The notes under the pieces were generated by a model, which saw only the letters and a list, made by a program, of their open reading frames with translations, had not been told where the DNA came from and did not search any database. Below, piece after piece: positions 8,941 to 20,200 of a DNA stretch of 64,000 nucleotides (position 1 is its first letter; each line of letters begins with the position of its first letter). The stretch spans positions 26,599 to 90,598 of the forward strand of contig CAKSLU010000001.1 of the NCBI GenBank assembly GCA_934474225.1, given 5' to 3'. A program made the translations under genes and the position numbers. This DNA is from an uncultured Eubacteriales bacterium (GTDB lineage Bacteria > Bacillota > Clostridia > Oscillospirales > CAG-272).

Positions 8941-10308
8941 TCAGATTTTTTCAAAGGAAGTGCAGCATTCCACATGCCCGGTGCGGCAGAACAAGTCAAA
9001 CGGATAGACCGTGCCCATCCGCCAGCCGTCGGACAGCAGAAATTTTGCGTCGCGCGCCAGTGTTTCGGGGTTGCAGGAAATATACACAATTTTTTTTGTG
9101 CCCATCTTGCCGAGGTCGGCAAGCAACTGCTCGGTACAGCCCTTGCGCGGCGGGTCGAGTATGACGACATCGGGAATAAAGTCGCCCTCGGCGTCCTTCG
9201 CGCTTTTCAGCAGCGCCTGCGTGTCGGCGGCGTCCCCGCAGTAGAATGCCGCGTGCCCGATACCGTTCTGCGCGGCGTTTTCTTTGGCGCAGGCAACGGC
9301 GGATGCCACGGTCTCAATGCCGATCAGCCGCCCGGCGTGCTTTGCCATGGACAGCCCAATCGAGCCGATGCCGCAGTAGAGGTCGAGCAGGGTTTCGCTG
9401 CCCGTCAGCGCGGCGAGCTCCGCCGCCTTGCCGTAGAGCAGCTCCGCCGCGCCGCGGTTGACCTGGTAGAAGGACTGCGGCGTGATGCGCAGCCGCACGC
9501 CGCAGAGGATGTCCTCGATATACGGCTTGCCGTACAGTCTTGTAAAATCCCTGCCGAGCACCACATTGGTGTTTTCCTCGTTGTGATTGAGGAAGACGGA
9601 AACGACGGCGGGGAACTTTTCCGTTATCCGCGCGACGAATTCGTCCGCGTGGGGAAGCGTTTTGCCACACAGAACCAGGCAGAGCATCACTTCGCCGGTC
9701 GCCTCGCCGACGCGCAGATAGATGTGGCGGAGCAGACCGCGCCCGGTTTCCTCGTCGTAGGCGGGAATATCGTGTGCTCCGCAGAATGCGCGGACCTCTG
9801 CAACGATGGGGGCAAATGCCGGATTTTGCAGCGGGCAGTCCACACACGCGAGCACGCGATGGCTTTTTGCCGCAAAGAAACCGATGGTGAGTTTGCCGTC
9901 CGCCGCCCGGCGCACCGGGTATTGCGCCTTGTTGCGGTAGCGGTCGACTCTCCCGTCGCCCGCAAGCGGGGCGACATCGACCTCGCGCAGTCCCTGCCGG
10001 ACAAAACTCTGCCGGACGGACGCCTCCTTCAGCGTGCGTTCATAGGCGTAGTCCACGCTGCGGAAGGCGCAGCCGCCGCACGCCGCCGAAACGGCACAGT
10101 CGTCTTCGACGCGGTGCGGGGAAGGTACAAGAATGCGTTCCGTGCGGGCGACGGCATAGGTGCGGCAGACCTTGATGACGCGCACGCGCGCCGTGTCGCC
10201 CGTGACCGCACCGGAGACGAACAGAACGCAGCCGTCCACCCGTGTGATACCGAAGCCGAGAAAATTCATATCCGTGATTTCAACATCAAAACATTCGTTT
10301 TTCTTCAA
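8941..10308 (-). CDS. 23S rRNA (uracil-5)-methyltransferase, RumA/RlmD family
   Basis: TRAM-like N-terminus (FDVEITDMNFLGFGITRVDG), Fe-S cysteines (CAVSAACGGCAF), SAM motif (LDLYCGIGSIG), C-terminal YISCNP. The start is uncertain. I propose TTG 10308 after GGGAG, because the long ORF to 10734 runs through the neighbouring promoter. Confidence 0.8.
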   Translation of the reverse strand: MKKNECFDVEITDMNFLGFGITRVDGCVLFVSGAVTGDTARVRVIKVCRTYAVARTERILVPSPHRVEDDCAVSAACGGCAFRSVDYAYERTLKEASVRQSFVRQGLREVDVAPLAGDGRVDRYRNKAQYPVRRAADGKLTIGFFAAKSHRVLACVDCPLQNPAFAPIVAEVRAFCGAHDIPAYDEETGRGLLRHIYLRVGEATGEVMLCLVLCGKTLPHADEFVARITEKFPAVVSVFLNHNEENTNVVLGRDFTRLYGKPYIEDILCGVRLRITPQSFYQVNRGAAELLYGKAAELAALTGSETLLDLYCGIGSIGLSMAKHAGRLIGIETVASAVACAKENAAQNGIGHAAFYCGDAADTQALLKSAKDAEGDFIPDVVILDPPRKGCTEQLLADLGKMGTKKIVYISCNPETLARDAKFLLSDGWRMGTVYPFDLFCRTGHVECCTSFEKI

Positions 10309-10401
10309 GGCTTCACGCTCCCGCAAAAGTTTACATGCATAAGTATACCATTGTTTCGGCGGCAAGGCAAGCAAAAAGAGGTGAAATTTATTGAATAGAT
10401 A

Positions 10402-10430
10402 TTGAAAAATACCGAAAGATACGGTATAAT
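10402..10430 (+). promoter_or_regulatory. sigma-70-type promoter for the LCP-glyQS unit
   Basis: TTGAAA (10402-10407), 17-nt spacer, TATAAT (10425-10430). Confidence 0.55.
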
Positions 10431-10483
10431 GTTGTGAGATTGGCAGGGCATTTTCGCTTTGCTTTTCGCAAATCTTCGAGAAA

Positions 10484-11536
10484 GTGAGTGGCGGAATGAA
10501 CTCTCTGCGCAACTTTTGTGCGACATTCATTATCGCGCTGGTCGTTTTCGGCCTGTGCGCGTTTTTCATAACCGGGTTCGTCACCGAGAGCATCAACGGC
10601 ATGATCAGCGGGGAAAAGGTGACCGAGAGCAGCGATGCGACAAGCTCGGAATCGGATTCTTCCGTCCTGCACCCGCTCGGGCCGGATGAAGATGACCTCG
10701 GCGGCGAGTCGTTCAGCATTCTGCTTGTCGGCACGGACTATCGCCCGAGCATCCTGACCAATTACCATCCCGATATTGAAAAGCAGTATCCTTATTTCAA
10801 GAATTCCGCCGAGCTTATCGGCTCCGGCGGCTCGCTGCCGGTCTACCCCTATCGCACGGTGCATGCCGATGCGGTGGTGCTGGTCACCGTCAACAAGGAG
10901 AACCGGCGCATCGCCTATATGCAGATTCCGTCCGAGATGCAGCTGACCGTCGGCGGCGTGACGACGACCGTGCGCGACTTGTACTATGACAAGGGGCTGG
11001 ACTATTTCGTCAACAAGATGTCCGGCATCACGGGCGTGCAGATTGACTATTATGCGCTGACGAGCATCGAGCAGCTTGCAGGTGTGGTGGACGCGATGGG
11101 CAGCATCACCTATACGGTGCCGTGCGACATGGAATATACCGACGAGGTTTCCGGGCTGACCATTTCGCTGAAGGCGGGCGCACAGACGCTGACCGGCAAG
11201 GATGTCTGCGGACTGCTTGCCTACAATTCCTACACCAATGCGACGCTGTCGCGCGAGAAGACCACGATGTCTTTCCTGCGCGCGCTGGCGCAGAAAATGA
11301 CAAACCCGACCTATCTCGGCAAGGCGGCAACCATTTTTGCCAATGCGTCGAAATATGTCACCACAAATTTCACCGCTGAGGATTTGACGAAGAACCTCGA
11401 CTTGATTTTTGCCTACAGCCGATTCTCGGTCGGCACGCTGGACTATCCCGGCAGCTACTATTTCCGGGACGGCGAGCGGGTGTTCAACCCGAATATTTCC
11501 GCGGCAATAACCGCGATGCTGAAGTATAATCAATAA
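10484..11536 (+). CDS. LytR-CpsA-Psr (LCP) family cell-wall polymer transferase
   Basis: N-terminal TM helix, then [10 protein letters not shown]...[23 protein letters not shown]..., typical of the LCP domain. The start (GTG 10484 or ATG 10496) is uncertain. Confidence 0.8.
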   Translation: MSGGMNSLRNFCATFIIALVVFGLCAFFITGFVTESINGMISGEKVTESSDATSSESDSSVLHPLGPDEDDLGGESFSILLVGTDYRPSILTNYHPDIEKQYPYFKNSAELIGSGGSLPVYPYRTVHADAVVLVTVNKENRRIAYMQIPSEMQLTVGGVTTTVRDLYYDKGLDYFVNKMSGITGVQIDYYALTSIEQLAGVVDAMGSITYTVPCDMEYTDEVSGLTISLKAGAQTLTGKDVCGLLAYNSYTNATLSREKTTMSFLRALAQKMTNPTYLGKAATIFANASKYVTTNFTAEDLTKNLDLIFAYSRFSVGTLDYPGSYYFRDGERVFNPNISAAITAMLKYNQ

Positions 11537-11565
11537 TTTTTCCATACAGACAAGAGGAGAAGAAC

Positions 11566-12957
11566 ATGAACAATTCCGAAAAAACAATGGACAAAATCGT
11601 TGCGCTCTGCAAAAACCGCGGCTTTGTATATCCCGGCTCCGAGATTTACGGCGGCCTTGCAAACTCGTGGGACTACGGTCCGCTCGGCGTTGAGTTCAAA
11701 AACAACATCAAGCGCGCGTGGTGGAAGCGTTTTGTGCAGGAATGCAAGTACAATGTCGGTCTCGACAGCGCCATCATCATGAACCCCGAGACCTGGGTCG
11801 CATCCGGGCATGTCGGCGGCTTCTCCGACCCGCTGATGGACTGCAAGGCGTGCAAGACGCGCCATCGCGCCGACAAGCTGATTGAGGACTATGCTGCGGC
11901 AAATCACCTCGATGTCAACCCCGCCGGCTGGACGAACGAGCAGATGTCGAAGTACATCGCCGACAACGGCATCACTTGCCCCGCCTGCGGCGCCAAGGAT
12001 TTCACCGACATCCGTAAGTTCAACCTGATGTTCAAGACCTATCAGGGCGTCACCGAGGATTCCTCCTCCGAGCTGTATCTCCGCCCCGAGACGGCGCAGG
12101 GCATTTTCGTCAACTTCAAGAACATTGCGCGTACCACGCGCAGAAAACTGCCGTTCGGCGTCGGTCAGATCGGCAAGTCCTTCCGCAATGAGATCACGCC
12201 CGGCAACTTCATTTTCCGCATCCGCGAATTTGAGCAGATGGAGCTGGAGTTCTTCTGCAAGCCCGGCACCGACCTCGAATGGTTCAAGTTCTGGAAGAAC
12301 TACTGCGAGCAGTTCCTCTACGACCTCGGCATGACGCGCGAAAACCTCAGACTGCGCGACCATGACGCGGACGAGCTTTGCTTCTATTCCAAGGCGACGA
12401 CCGACTTTGAGTATCTGTTCCCGTTCGGCTGGGGCGAACTCTGGGGCGTGGCGGATCGTACCGACTACGACCTCACGCAGCATGCCAACCACAGCGGCGA
12501 GTCGATGGAGTATTTTGACCCCGAGACGAACGAAAAGTATGTGCCTTATGTCATCGAGCCGTCGCTCGGCGCTGACCGCGTGACGCTGGCGTTCCTGATT
12601 GACGCTTATGATGAAGAGACCGTCGGCGAGGGCGACACGCGCGTCGTGCTGCACCTGCATCCGGCGCTTGCACCGGTCAAGGCAGCAGTGCTTCCGCTGT
12701 CGAAGAAGCTCTCCGAGAAGGCGGGCGAGGTGCAGGAGATGCTCAGCAAGTACTTCAATGTGGACTTTGACGAGACCGGCTCAATCGGCAAGCGCTATCG
12801 CCGCCAGGACGAGATCGGCACGCCCTTCTGCATTACCTACGACTTCGAGAGCGAAGGCGACGGCTGCGTCACCGTGCGCGACCGCGACACGATGGAGCAG
12901 GAGCGCATCAAGATTGAGGATCTGAAGGCGTATATTGAGGCAAAACTTGCATTCTGA
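11566..12957 (+). CDS. glyQS: glycine--tRNA ligase (homodimeric class II)
   Basis: [30 protein letters not shown]..., [21 protein letters not shown]. Confidence 0.95.
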   Translation: MNNSEKTMDKIVALCKNRGFVYPGSEIYGGLANSWDYGPLGVEFKNNIKRAWWKRFVQECKYNVGLDSAIIMNPETWVASGHVGGFSDPLMDCKACKTRHRADKLIEDYAAANHLDVNPAGWTNEQMSKYIADNGITCPACGAKDFTDIRKFNLMFKTYQGVTEDSSSELYLRPETAQGIFVNFKNIARTTRRKLPFGVGQIGKSFRNEITPGNFIFRIREFEQMELEFFCKPGTDLEWFKFWKNYCEQFLYDLGMTRENLRLRDHDADELCFYSKATTDFEYLFPFGWGELWGVADRTDYDLTQHANHSGESMEYFDPETNEKYVPYVIEPSLGADRVTLAFLIDAYDEETVGEGDTRVVLHLHPALAPVKAAVLPLSKKLSEKAGEVQEMLSKYFNVDFDETGSIGKRYRRQDEIGTPFCITYDFESEGDGCVTVRDRDTMEQERIKIEDLKAYIEAKLAF

Positions 12958-12982
12958 GCATTCTGAAAAGAGGAAACATAGC

Positions 12983-13462
12983 ATGAAACATGTATTTCTG
13001 ACACGGGCGGCGGCTTTGCTGCTTGCCTGCATGCTGGCGTTTTCCTTTGCTGCCTGCGGCAAGGGGACAGCGGACAGCACCGCATCGTCCGATGCGGAGA
13101 CCACGGCATCCACCGAGGAGACCACAGCGCGGACGACCGAAACGACCGCCCCCTGGACCTCGGTTGGCGAGGGCGACTGCTCCTTCCCGTTTATTGTGAC
13201 CTTCGCGGACGGCACCAAGCAGAACTATGTTGTGACCACAAGCAAGAAGACCGTCGGCGAGGCGCTGGTCGATGCCGGGCTGATTGCGGGTGAGAAGAGC
13301 GAATACGGGCTCTATGTCAAGACCGTGTGCGGCGTGACCGCCGATTATGATGCGGACGGCACCTACTGGGCGCTGTATGTGGACGGCGAGTCGTCGCCGG
13401 TCGGCGTGGACAGTCTGAAATGCACCGACATCATGGATGTTGAGTTCCGCATTGCAAAGTGA
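12983..13462 (+). CDS. DUF4430-like lipoprotein
   Basis: Signal peptide with lipobox-like FAAC, a Thr/Ser-rich linker, and a C-terminal YWALYVDGESSPVGVD motif reminiscent of DUF4430. AGAGGAAA SD. Confidence 0.6.
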   Translation: MKHVFLTRAAALLLACMLAFSFAACGKGTADSTASSDAETTASTEETTARTTETTAPWTSVGEGDCSFPFIVTFADGTKQNYVVTTSKKTVGEALVDAGLIAGEKSEYGLYVKTVCGVTADYDADGTYWALYVDGESSPVGVDSLKCTDIMDVEFRIAK

Positions 13463-13497
13463 GGATACGCTGACCGTACTGCCGAAAGGAGATTTGG

Positions 13498-14058
13498 ATG
13501 CCTAAGTTCACCAAGACCGCAATCATGCAGTCCTTTGTGAAGCTGCTCGAATCCACCCCGTTTGACAAAATTACGGTGAAGGACATCGTGGATGATTGCG
13601 GCGTCAACCGGAATACGTTCTACTACAATTTTGAGGATATCTATGCGCTGGTGGATGAGCTGCTCAGCGAGGAAGTTGCACGCGTGCTGGAAAAGCAGCG
13701 CAGCTGCAACTCCTGGAAAGAGGGGCTGTACTATGGCGCAGAGTTTGTCCTGCAAAACAAGAAGGCGGTCTATCACCTCTATCATTCGGCAAAAAAAGAC
13801 CAGCTTGAGCGCTATTTCAAGCGGGTGGTGTACGATGCCGCCATGGATGTGGTGCGCCACGAGGCCGAGACGCTGAACTGTACGGACGCCGACATCGAGT
13901 TTGTTGCCGGCTTCTACGGCGATGCGCTGATCGGGCTGATTCGCCGTTGGCTGGACAATGACATGCGTGGCGATCTTGAAGCGATGATCCGCAAGCTGAG
14001 CGCACTGCTGGACAATAGTGTCCGACAGGCGATCCTGACGGTTTCTGCCGTGCAATAA
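13498..14058 (+). CDS. TetR/AcrR family transcriptional regulator
   Basis: N-terminal HTH FDKITVKDIVDDCGVNRNTFYYNFEDIY. Confidence 0.85.
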   Translation: MPKFTKTAIMQSFVKLLESTPFDKITVKDIVDDCGVNRNTFYYNFEDIYALVDELLSEEVARVLEKQRSCNSWKEGLYYGAEFVLQNKKAVYHLYHSAKKDQLERYFKRVVYDAAMDVVRHEAETLNCTDADIEFVAGFYGDALIGLIRRWLDNDMRGDLEAMIRKLSALLDNSVRQAILTVSAVQ

Positions 14059-14101
14059 ACAGACAAATTTCCTAAAATGTCTGAATTTCGGGCAATTTTC
14101 T

Positions 14102-14136
14102 CCCGGTGTGCAAAATTTGCACACCGGGCTTTTTTT
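14102..14136 (+). terminator. intrinsic terminator after the TetR gene
   Basis: CCCGGTGTGCAAA / TTTGCACACCGGG stem followed by a run of seven T. Confidence 0.8.
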
Positions 14137-14141
14137 GCCCG

Positions 14142-14170
14142 TTGTAACCTGCCGCTGCGCGGGCTATAAT
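14142..14170 (+). promoter_or_regulatory. sigma-70-type promoter for the DUF308-MMPL-GLUG genes
   Basis: TTGTAA (14142-14147), 17-nt spacer, TATAAT (14165-14170). Confidence 0.5.
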
Positions 14171-14213
14171 CAAAGCATAAACCGAGATTTCTCACAACGA
14201 AAGGAATAGGGTT

Positions 14214-14753
14214 ATGCAAATTTACGAGAATTTCAAGAAAGTCTACATTGTTTTGTCGGCGTTGTTTATCGCCGCCGGTATCTGCATGCTGATCTGGCCG
14301 TCCGCCTTTGCCTATGCGCTGTGCTATCTGGTCGGCGGCATCTGCATTGCACACGGTATCATGCGTCTGGTCGGCTATTTCTCCGGCGACCTCTATCGCA
14401 TCGCGTTCCAGTTTGATTTGGCGCTCGGCATTGCTTCCATTCTGCTCGGGCTTGTGATTGTTTTCAATGCGTCGGCGTTTATCTCGCTTGTGCACATCAT
14501 CATCGGCATTCTCACGCTGGTGACCGGCGCGCTGCAGGTGCAGTCCGCACTGGATGCCAAGCGCTTCGGCATGCCGCGGTGGTGGCTCTTGCTGATTGGC
14601 GCAATTCTCACGATGGCGCTCGGCATTCTGCTTGTCGTTGCACCTTTTGAAGGCGCATTCGCCATCATCTGCGTGCTGGGGGCAACGCTGATTGTTGAGG
14701 GCATTGAGAATCTGTTCATCCTCCTCTACATGGTCAAGTACAGAAACAACTGA
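14214..14753 (+). CDS. HdeD/DUF308 family membrane protein
   Basis: 179 aa with about six hydrophobic helices and a repeated GILLVVAPFEG-type pattern typical of DUF308. Confidence 0.7.
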   Translation: MQIYENFKKVYIVLSALFIAAGICMLIWPSAFAYALCYLVGGICIAHGIMRLVGYFSGDLYRIAFQFDLALGIASILLGLVIVFNASAFISLVHIIIGILTLVTGALQVQSALDAKRFGMPRWWLLLIGAILTMALGILLVVAPFEGAFAIICVLGATLIVEGIENLFILLYMVKYRNN

Positions 14754-14772
14754 GTGCGGAAGGACGGTTACC

Positions 14773-17232
14773 GTGTCTAAGAACAAAACCGGCGAATCGG
14801 CAATGCATAAGGTTGCCGCCTTCATTGTCGATAAACGCAACATTATTCTGCTCCTGTATATCGCGGCATTTGCTTTTTCGCTTGTCGCGCAAAACTGGGT
14901 CAGCGTCTGCAACGACCTGACCGCTTACTTGCCCGCCAACACCGAGACGCGGCAGGGACTCACGGTCATGGACGACGAGTTTGTGACCTATGCCACCTCG
15001 CGCGTGATGGTTGCCAATGTCACCTACGATGAGGCAAAGCAGCTCAGCGACAAGATTGCCGAACTGCCGCAGGTGGAGATGATCACCTTCGACGATACGG
15101 AGGAGCACTACAAGGCGGCAAGTGCGCTCTTTGACATCACCATGAAGGGCGAGGCAGGCGATGCTGTCGTGTCGGAAGGCTATGCGGCAGTGCGCGCCCT
15201 GCTTGCGGATTACGACACCTATATTTCGGAGAGCGATGTGGATTCCTCCGCGTCGCTTGCCAATGAGATGTCGCTGATTCTGGCGATTGCCGCGGTGATT
15301 ATCGTGGCGGTCCTGCTGCTGACCTCGCAGACCTATATGGAGGTGCCGGTTCTGCTCATCACCTTCGTGGCGGGCATTATCTTAAACAAGGGCACCAACT
15401 TCATTTTTGACGAAATTTCCTTCGTCTCCAATTCGGTCACGGCGGTGCTGCAGCTGGCGCTTTCGATTGACTACGCCATCATCATGATTCACCACTACAG
15501 CGAAGAGCGGCAGACCTGCGACCAGCGTGAAGCGGTCATCAATGCGCTGGCATGCTCCATCACCGAGATTTCCGGCAGCTCGCTGACCACCATATCGGGT
15601 CTTGCGGCGCTGATGTTCATGCAGTTTAAGATTGGCTTTGATATGGGCATCTGCCTCATCAAGTCGATTTTCTTCAGCCTGCTGTGCGTCTTCACGCTGA
15701 TGCCTTGCCTGCTCATGATATTCGGCAAATTCATCGACCGCACGCATCACAAGAGCCTGCTGCCGGACATTTCGTTCCTCGGCAGTTTTGTCTACAAGCT
15801 GCGCTATGTGGTGCCGCCGCTTTTTGTCGTGGTGCTCGTCGGCTCGTTCTTCCTGTCTTCAAACTGCCTGTATACCTACAATGCAAATTCCTCCAAGACA
15901 AGCAGGCAGAACGAGACGCAGATTGCAAAAGAGATGATTGAGGAGCATTTCGGCGCGAAGAACTATGCCGCGCTGGTCATTCCGGCGGGGGACTATGACC
16001 GCGAGCGCGCGCTGATTGATGAACTGCTCACCTGTGACGAGGTGGATTTCATCACCTCGCTGTCCAGCATTGAGGCAACGGACGGCTATGTGCTGACCGA
16101 CAAGCTGACGCCGCGGCAATTCTCGGAAATGATTGACCTCGACATCGACACCACCAAACTGCTGTATTCGGTCTATGCGGCGGAAAACGAGGATTACAGC
16201 AAGCTGATTACCAACATGAACGACTACAGTGTGCCGATTATCGATATGTTCATGTTTGTGTACGATTTGAAGGACGATGGGTATGTCAAGCTGGACGGCG
16301 AACTCGGCGACACGATAGACGATTTGTACACCCAGCTGAATACGGCAAAGAAGCAGCTTTCAGGCGAGAACTATTCCCGCATGCTGGTCTATATGAGCCT
16401 GCCTGTGGAGGGCGACGAAACCTTTGCCTTCATCGACAAGGTGCATGCCATTACGGATAAGTATTACGACACCTCCTATTTCGTCGGCGACTCCACCAGC
16501 TGCTATGACCTTGCGGCGTCGTTTGCCACCGATAATATCATCGTGTCGGTGCTGTCGGTGCTGTTTGTCATTTTAATTCTGTTCTTCACTTTCAAGAACG
16601 CCGGGCTTCCCGTGCTGCTGATTCTGGTCATCCAGGGCAGCGTGTGGATGAACTTTTCGATGTCGACCATTACGGGCGCGTCCATCTTCTTCCTCAGTTA
16701 TCTGATCATCAGCTCGATTCAGATGGGCGCGAACATCGACTATGCCATCGTCATTTCCAGCCGGTATATGGACTTGAAGAAAGAGATGGACATCAAGAGC
16801 GCCATGCGCGGCGCGCTGAACTTTGCGTTCCCGACGGTGCTGACCTCGGGCAGCATCCTGGCATCGGCGGGCTTCCTCATCAGTAAACTGTCCACCGAGC
16901 CTGCCATTGTTTCCATTGGTACCACGCTTTGCCGCGGCACATTGATTTCAATGTTCCTTGTTATGCTGGTTCTGCCGGAGATTCTGCTGCTCGGCGACTG
17001 CATTGTTGAGAAAACCGGCGTTACCATCAAAAAACCGGATGTGGTCCGCCGCGAGACCGGCAACTTTGTCTTAAACGGACATGTCCGCGGCAAGGTGGAG
17101 GGCTTCATCGATGCGGATGTGAACGGTGTGTTCAGCGGGAATATGGACGCTATGGTGAAAATCGATACATACAAGAAAACGGAAGGAGATGCGGGTGATG
17201 AACAGAATGCGGATGCAGGCAGCCGTGCGTAA
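14773..17232 (+). CDS. MMPL/RND-superfamily membrane transporter
   Basis: Two six-helix bundles separated by large loops, plus SIDYAIIMIHHY and GANIDYAIVISSRY repeats of the MMPL fold. The start is GTG 14773 after GGAAGGA, or alternatively ATG 14803. Confidence 0.8.
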   Translation: MSKNKTGESAMHKVAAFIVDKRNIILLLYIAAFAFSLVAQNWVSVCNDLTAYLPANTETRQGLTVMDDEFVTYATSRVMVANVTYDEAKQLSDKIAELPQVEMITFDDTEEHYKAASALFDITMKGEAGDAVVSEGYAAVRALLADYDTYISESDVDSSASLANEMSLILAIAAVIIVAVLLLTSQTYMEVPVLLITFVAGIILNKGTNFIFDEISFVSNSVTAVLQLALSIDYAIIMIHHYSEERQTCDQREAVINALACSITEISGSSLTTISGLAALMFMQFKIGFDMGICLIKSIFFSLLCVFTLMPCLLMIFGKFIDRTHHKSLLPDISFLGSFVYKLRYVVPPLFVVVLVGSFFLSSNCLYTYNANSSKTSRQNETQIAKEMIEEHFGAKNYAALVIPAGDYDRERALIDELLTCDEVDFITSLSSIEATDGYVLTDKLTPRQFSEMIDLDIDTTKLLYSVYAAENEDYSKLITNMNDYSVPIIDMFMFVYDLKDDGYVKLDGELGDTIDDLYTQLNTAKKQLSGENYSRMLVYMSLPVEGDETFAFIDKVHAITDKYYDTSYFVGDSTSCYDLAASFATDNIIVSVLSVLFVILILFFTFKNAGLPVLLILVIQGSVWMNFSMSTITGASIFFLSYLIISSIQMGANIDYAIVISSRYMDLKKEMDIKSAMRGALNFAFPTVLTSGSILASAGFLISKLSTEPAIVSIGTTLCRGTLISMFLVMLVLPEILLLGDCIVEKTGVTIKKPDVVRRETGNFVLNGHVRGKVEGFIDADVNGVFSGNMDAMVKIDTYKKTEGDAGDEQNADAGSRA

Positions 17233-20200
17233 ACTGGTCGCCGTGTGCCTTGCCGCGCTTGTCGCATGCGCACCGCTTTCGGTTTGCGCGGTGACTGCGG
17301 CGGATGAAGCGGCAGAGACTCAGGAAACGGTTTCTATCGGGACGGCGGCAGAGTTTCTCGACTTTGCAGAGCAGTGCAAGACGGACACCTGGTCGCAGGG
17401 AAAGCACTTTGTCCTCACGGCAGACATCCATCTGAAAGACACGGCGTTTGAGAGCATTCCGACCTTCGGCGGCGTGTTTGACGGCGGCGGGCATACGATA
17501 GACGGGCTTGCGCTGAAAAGCAATCGCGCGCATGTCGGGCTGTTCCGCTATGTGCAGGAGAGCGGCATCGTCCGCAACCTGCATGTAGTCGGCGTAGTCA
17601 CCCCCGAGGGCGACGCGCGCGATGTCGGCGGTATCGTCGGGGAAAACAGCGGCTTGATAGAGGCATGCAGTTTTTCGGGCACCGTCACAGGTGACACCAA
17701 TGTCGGCGGCATTGCCGGTACGGTCACCGAGACCGGCACCGTGCGTGCCTGCGGTTTTTCGGGTACCGTCAGCGGCAACAGTTTCACCGGCGGCATCGTC
17801 GGGTACAATTTCGGCACCGTAGAGGGGGCGGTCAACCGCGGCCGCGTGAACACCACCGCGGGGGACACGGAAGAGACCATACAGGACTTAAACATCAATC
17901 TCGACGCGATCCGCTCCACGGAAAATGTGGATACCGCGACGGATACGGGCGGCATCTGCGGGCTTTCCAAGGGGCGCGTGGTGGATTGCATCAACTACGG
18001 CAGCGTCGGGTATCGCTCGGTCGGGTACAACACGGGCGGCATCTGCGGCAGGCAGTCCGGCTGGATGAGCGGCTGCGAGAACTACGGTGCGGTTCGCGGC
18101 AGAAAAGATGTCGGCGGTATTGCCGGTCAGGCAGAGCCGTATATTCTGCTGGAATATGCGGAGGATGTGCTGGAACAGATCAACCGCGTATTCGACCGCG
18201 TCGGTGACATTCTGGACAGCAGCAATCTGCGGGAGGACGCCGCGTTGAATGCCGCGCTTGACGCCGTGCGGGACAGCACGACGGACATCAGCGACGCGGC
18301 AGAGAAACTGAGTGAGGATGCGCGCCGCTATGCGGATGCGCTGACGGCAAGCGTCAACGAGGCGGCGGACCGCCTGCACACAGCTATTGATGAGATGACG
18401 GATGTGCTTGACCACTTCTCGGCGGGCATGGACAAATTCTCGGATGCTGCCGATTCGTTTTCGGACTGCGGCGATTCGATGACGGCAATCATAGACGCTG
18501 CAAAGGCGGCGAAAGAGCCGCTGGAAGAAGCGGGAACCGATATTGACGATGCAATGCAGGCGCTTGAAAAGACCGCAAAGGACTTTTCGGATGCGTTTGA
18601 CAAGTTGCATACGGGCGTGTCCTCGATGGACGAGGGCATGGCAGCTCTGAAAGCGGCGCTGCACAAGCTGTCGGATGCGCTCGGCGACCATTCGGATGTG
18701 GCGGAACCGCTGGATGCGCTCGATGCCGCAGTGGGCTCTGTTGCGGATTCGTTCGGTACACTCGGCGACGCTGCGGATGGGCTTGCCGATGCGTTGGAAG
18801 CGCTGGCGGAGCAGGGCGATGTTGCAGACGGTCTTAACGATTTGGTTGCATCCGTGCGTGCACTTGCGGAAAAACTGCAAAATATACAGGCGGCGTTCGG
18901 CGATGTCAGCGATGCGCTTGCCACGCTTGCCGAGGACTTTGACGCCGAGGCGTTTGAGGATTCGCTTGCAAAGTTCTCGTCCGGCTTTGACGCACTTTCA
19001 AAGTCAATAGCAGACCTGCGGCTTGCCGCCGAGGACTTGCAGGATGCGGCGGATGAACTTGCGGATGTGCCGGATTATGCCGAGGATGCCATCCGCTCCA
19101 TGCAGGACGGACTTGATTTGCTCGGCGACGGTGCGGACGCTTTTAAGGACGGGCTTGACGGACTTTCCGATATTACGACGGAGCTGTCCGAAAAGGAAAA
19201 AATCGTGCTGCCGTCGGCAAGCGAGATGTTCGGCGACGACCCCGATGCCTTCTTTGACAAGACCGACGCGCTCAGCGACGCAATCGAGACCCTGCGCGAT
19301 TCGGTCGGCGACAAGAAGGACGATTTCTATGGTGAACTTGACGCACTGCAAGCCGAAATGCGCTCCCTGCGCGATATTCTGAAGAGCGCCTATGACGACA
19401 GTGTGCGTGCGGATGAGGACGGCTTTGTGGAGGATATTTCGGACGACGGCAGCGAGAGCGAAGCGCGCGGCAGAATTGCAAACTGCAAAAATGCGGGCAC
19501 GGTGGACGGCGACATCAATGTCGGCGGCATCGTCGGCTCCCTCGCCATCGAATACGATTTTGACCCTGAGGACGATATCAAAAACAACGGCGACCGCACG
19601 CTGAAATACACCTATAAGACTAAATGCACCGTGGTGCGCTGCAAGAACGAGGGCGAAGTCACGGCAAAGAAGCATAATGCGGGCGGCATTGCCGGGTTGA
19701 TGGACTTCGGCAGCGTGTATCTGTGTGAGAACCGCGGGGACATCGCCACCACGGACGGGGACTACACCGGCGGCATTGCCGGAAAGTCGGCAGGCATCGT
19801 GCGCAAGTCGCTGGCGCTCTGCAATCTCACCGGCGGCGACTACGTCGGCGGCATTGTCGGCGGCGGCAAGACCGTGTCCGACTGCCTTGCACTGGTACAC
19901 ACAGACGGCTCCGGGCGGTATGCGGGCAGCATCGCGGGCGACGCGGACACGGCAGACCTTGCACGCAACCGCTTCGTCAGTGAGACGCTCGGCGGTATCG
20001 ACGATGTCAGCTACACCGGCGTTGCCGAGGCGGTGGATATTGATACCTTTACCGCCGCGGCAAAGCAGCTATTGGACGCAGAGGTCACCTTTGCGCTGAC
20101 TTTTGTCTGCGACGGCAAGACCGTGGCGGTCGTACCGTTTACATACGGAGAAGCGATTTCGACGGCGCAGATTCCCGCCGTGCCGACGAAAGACGGCTAT

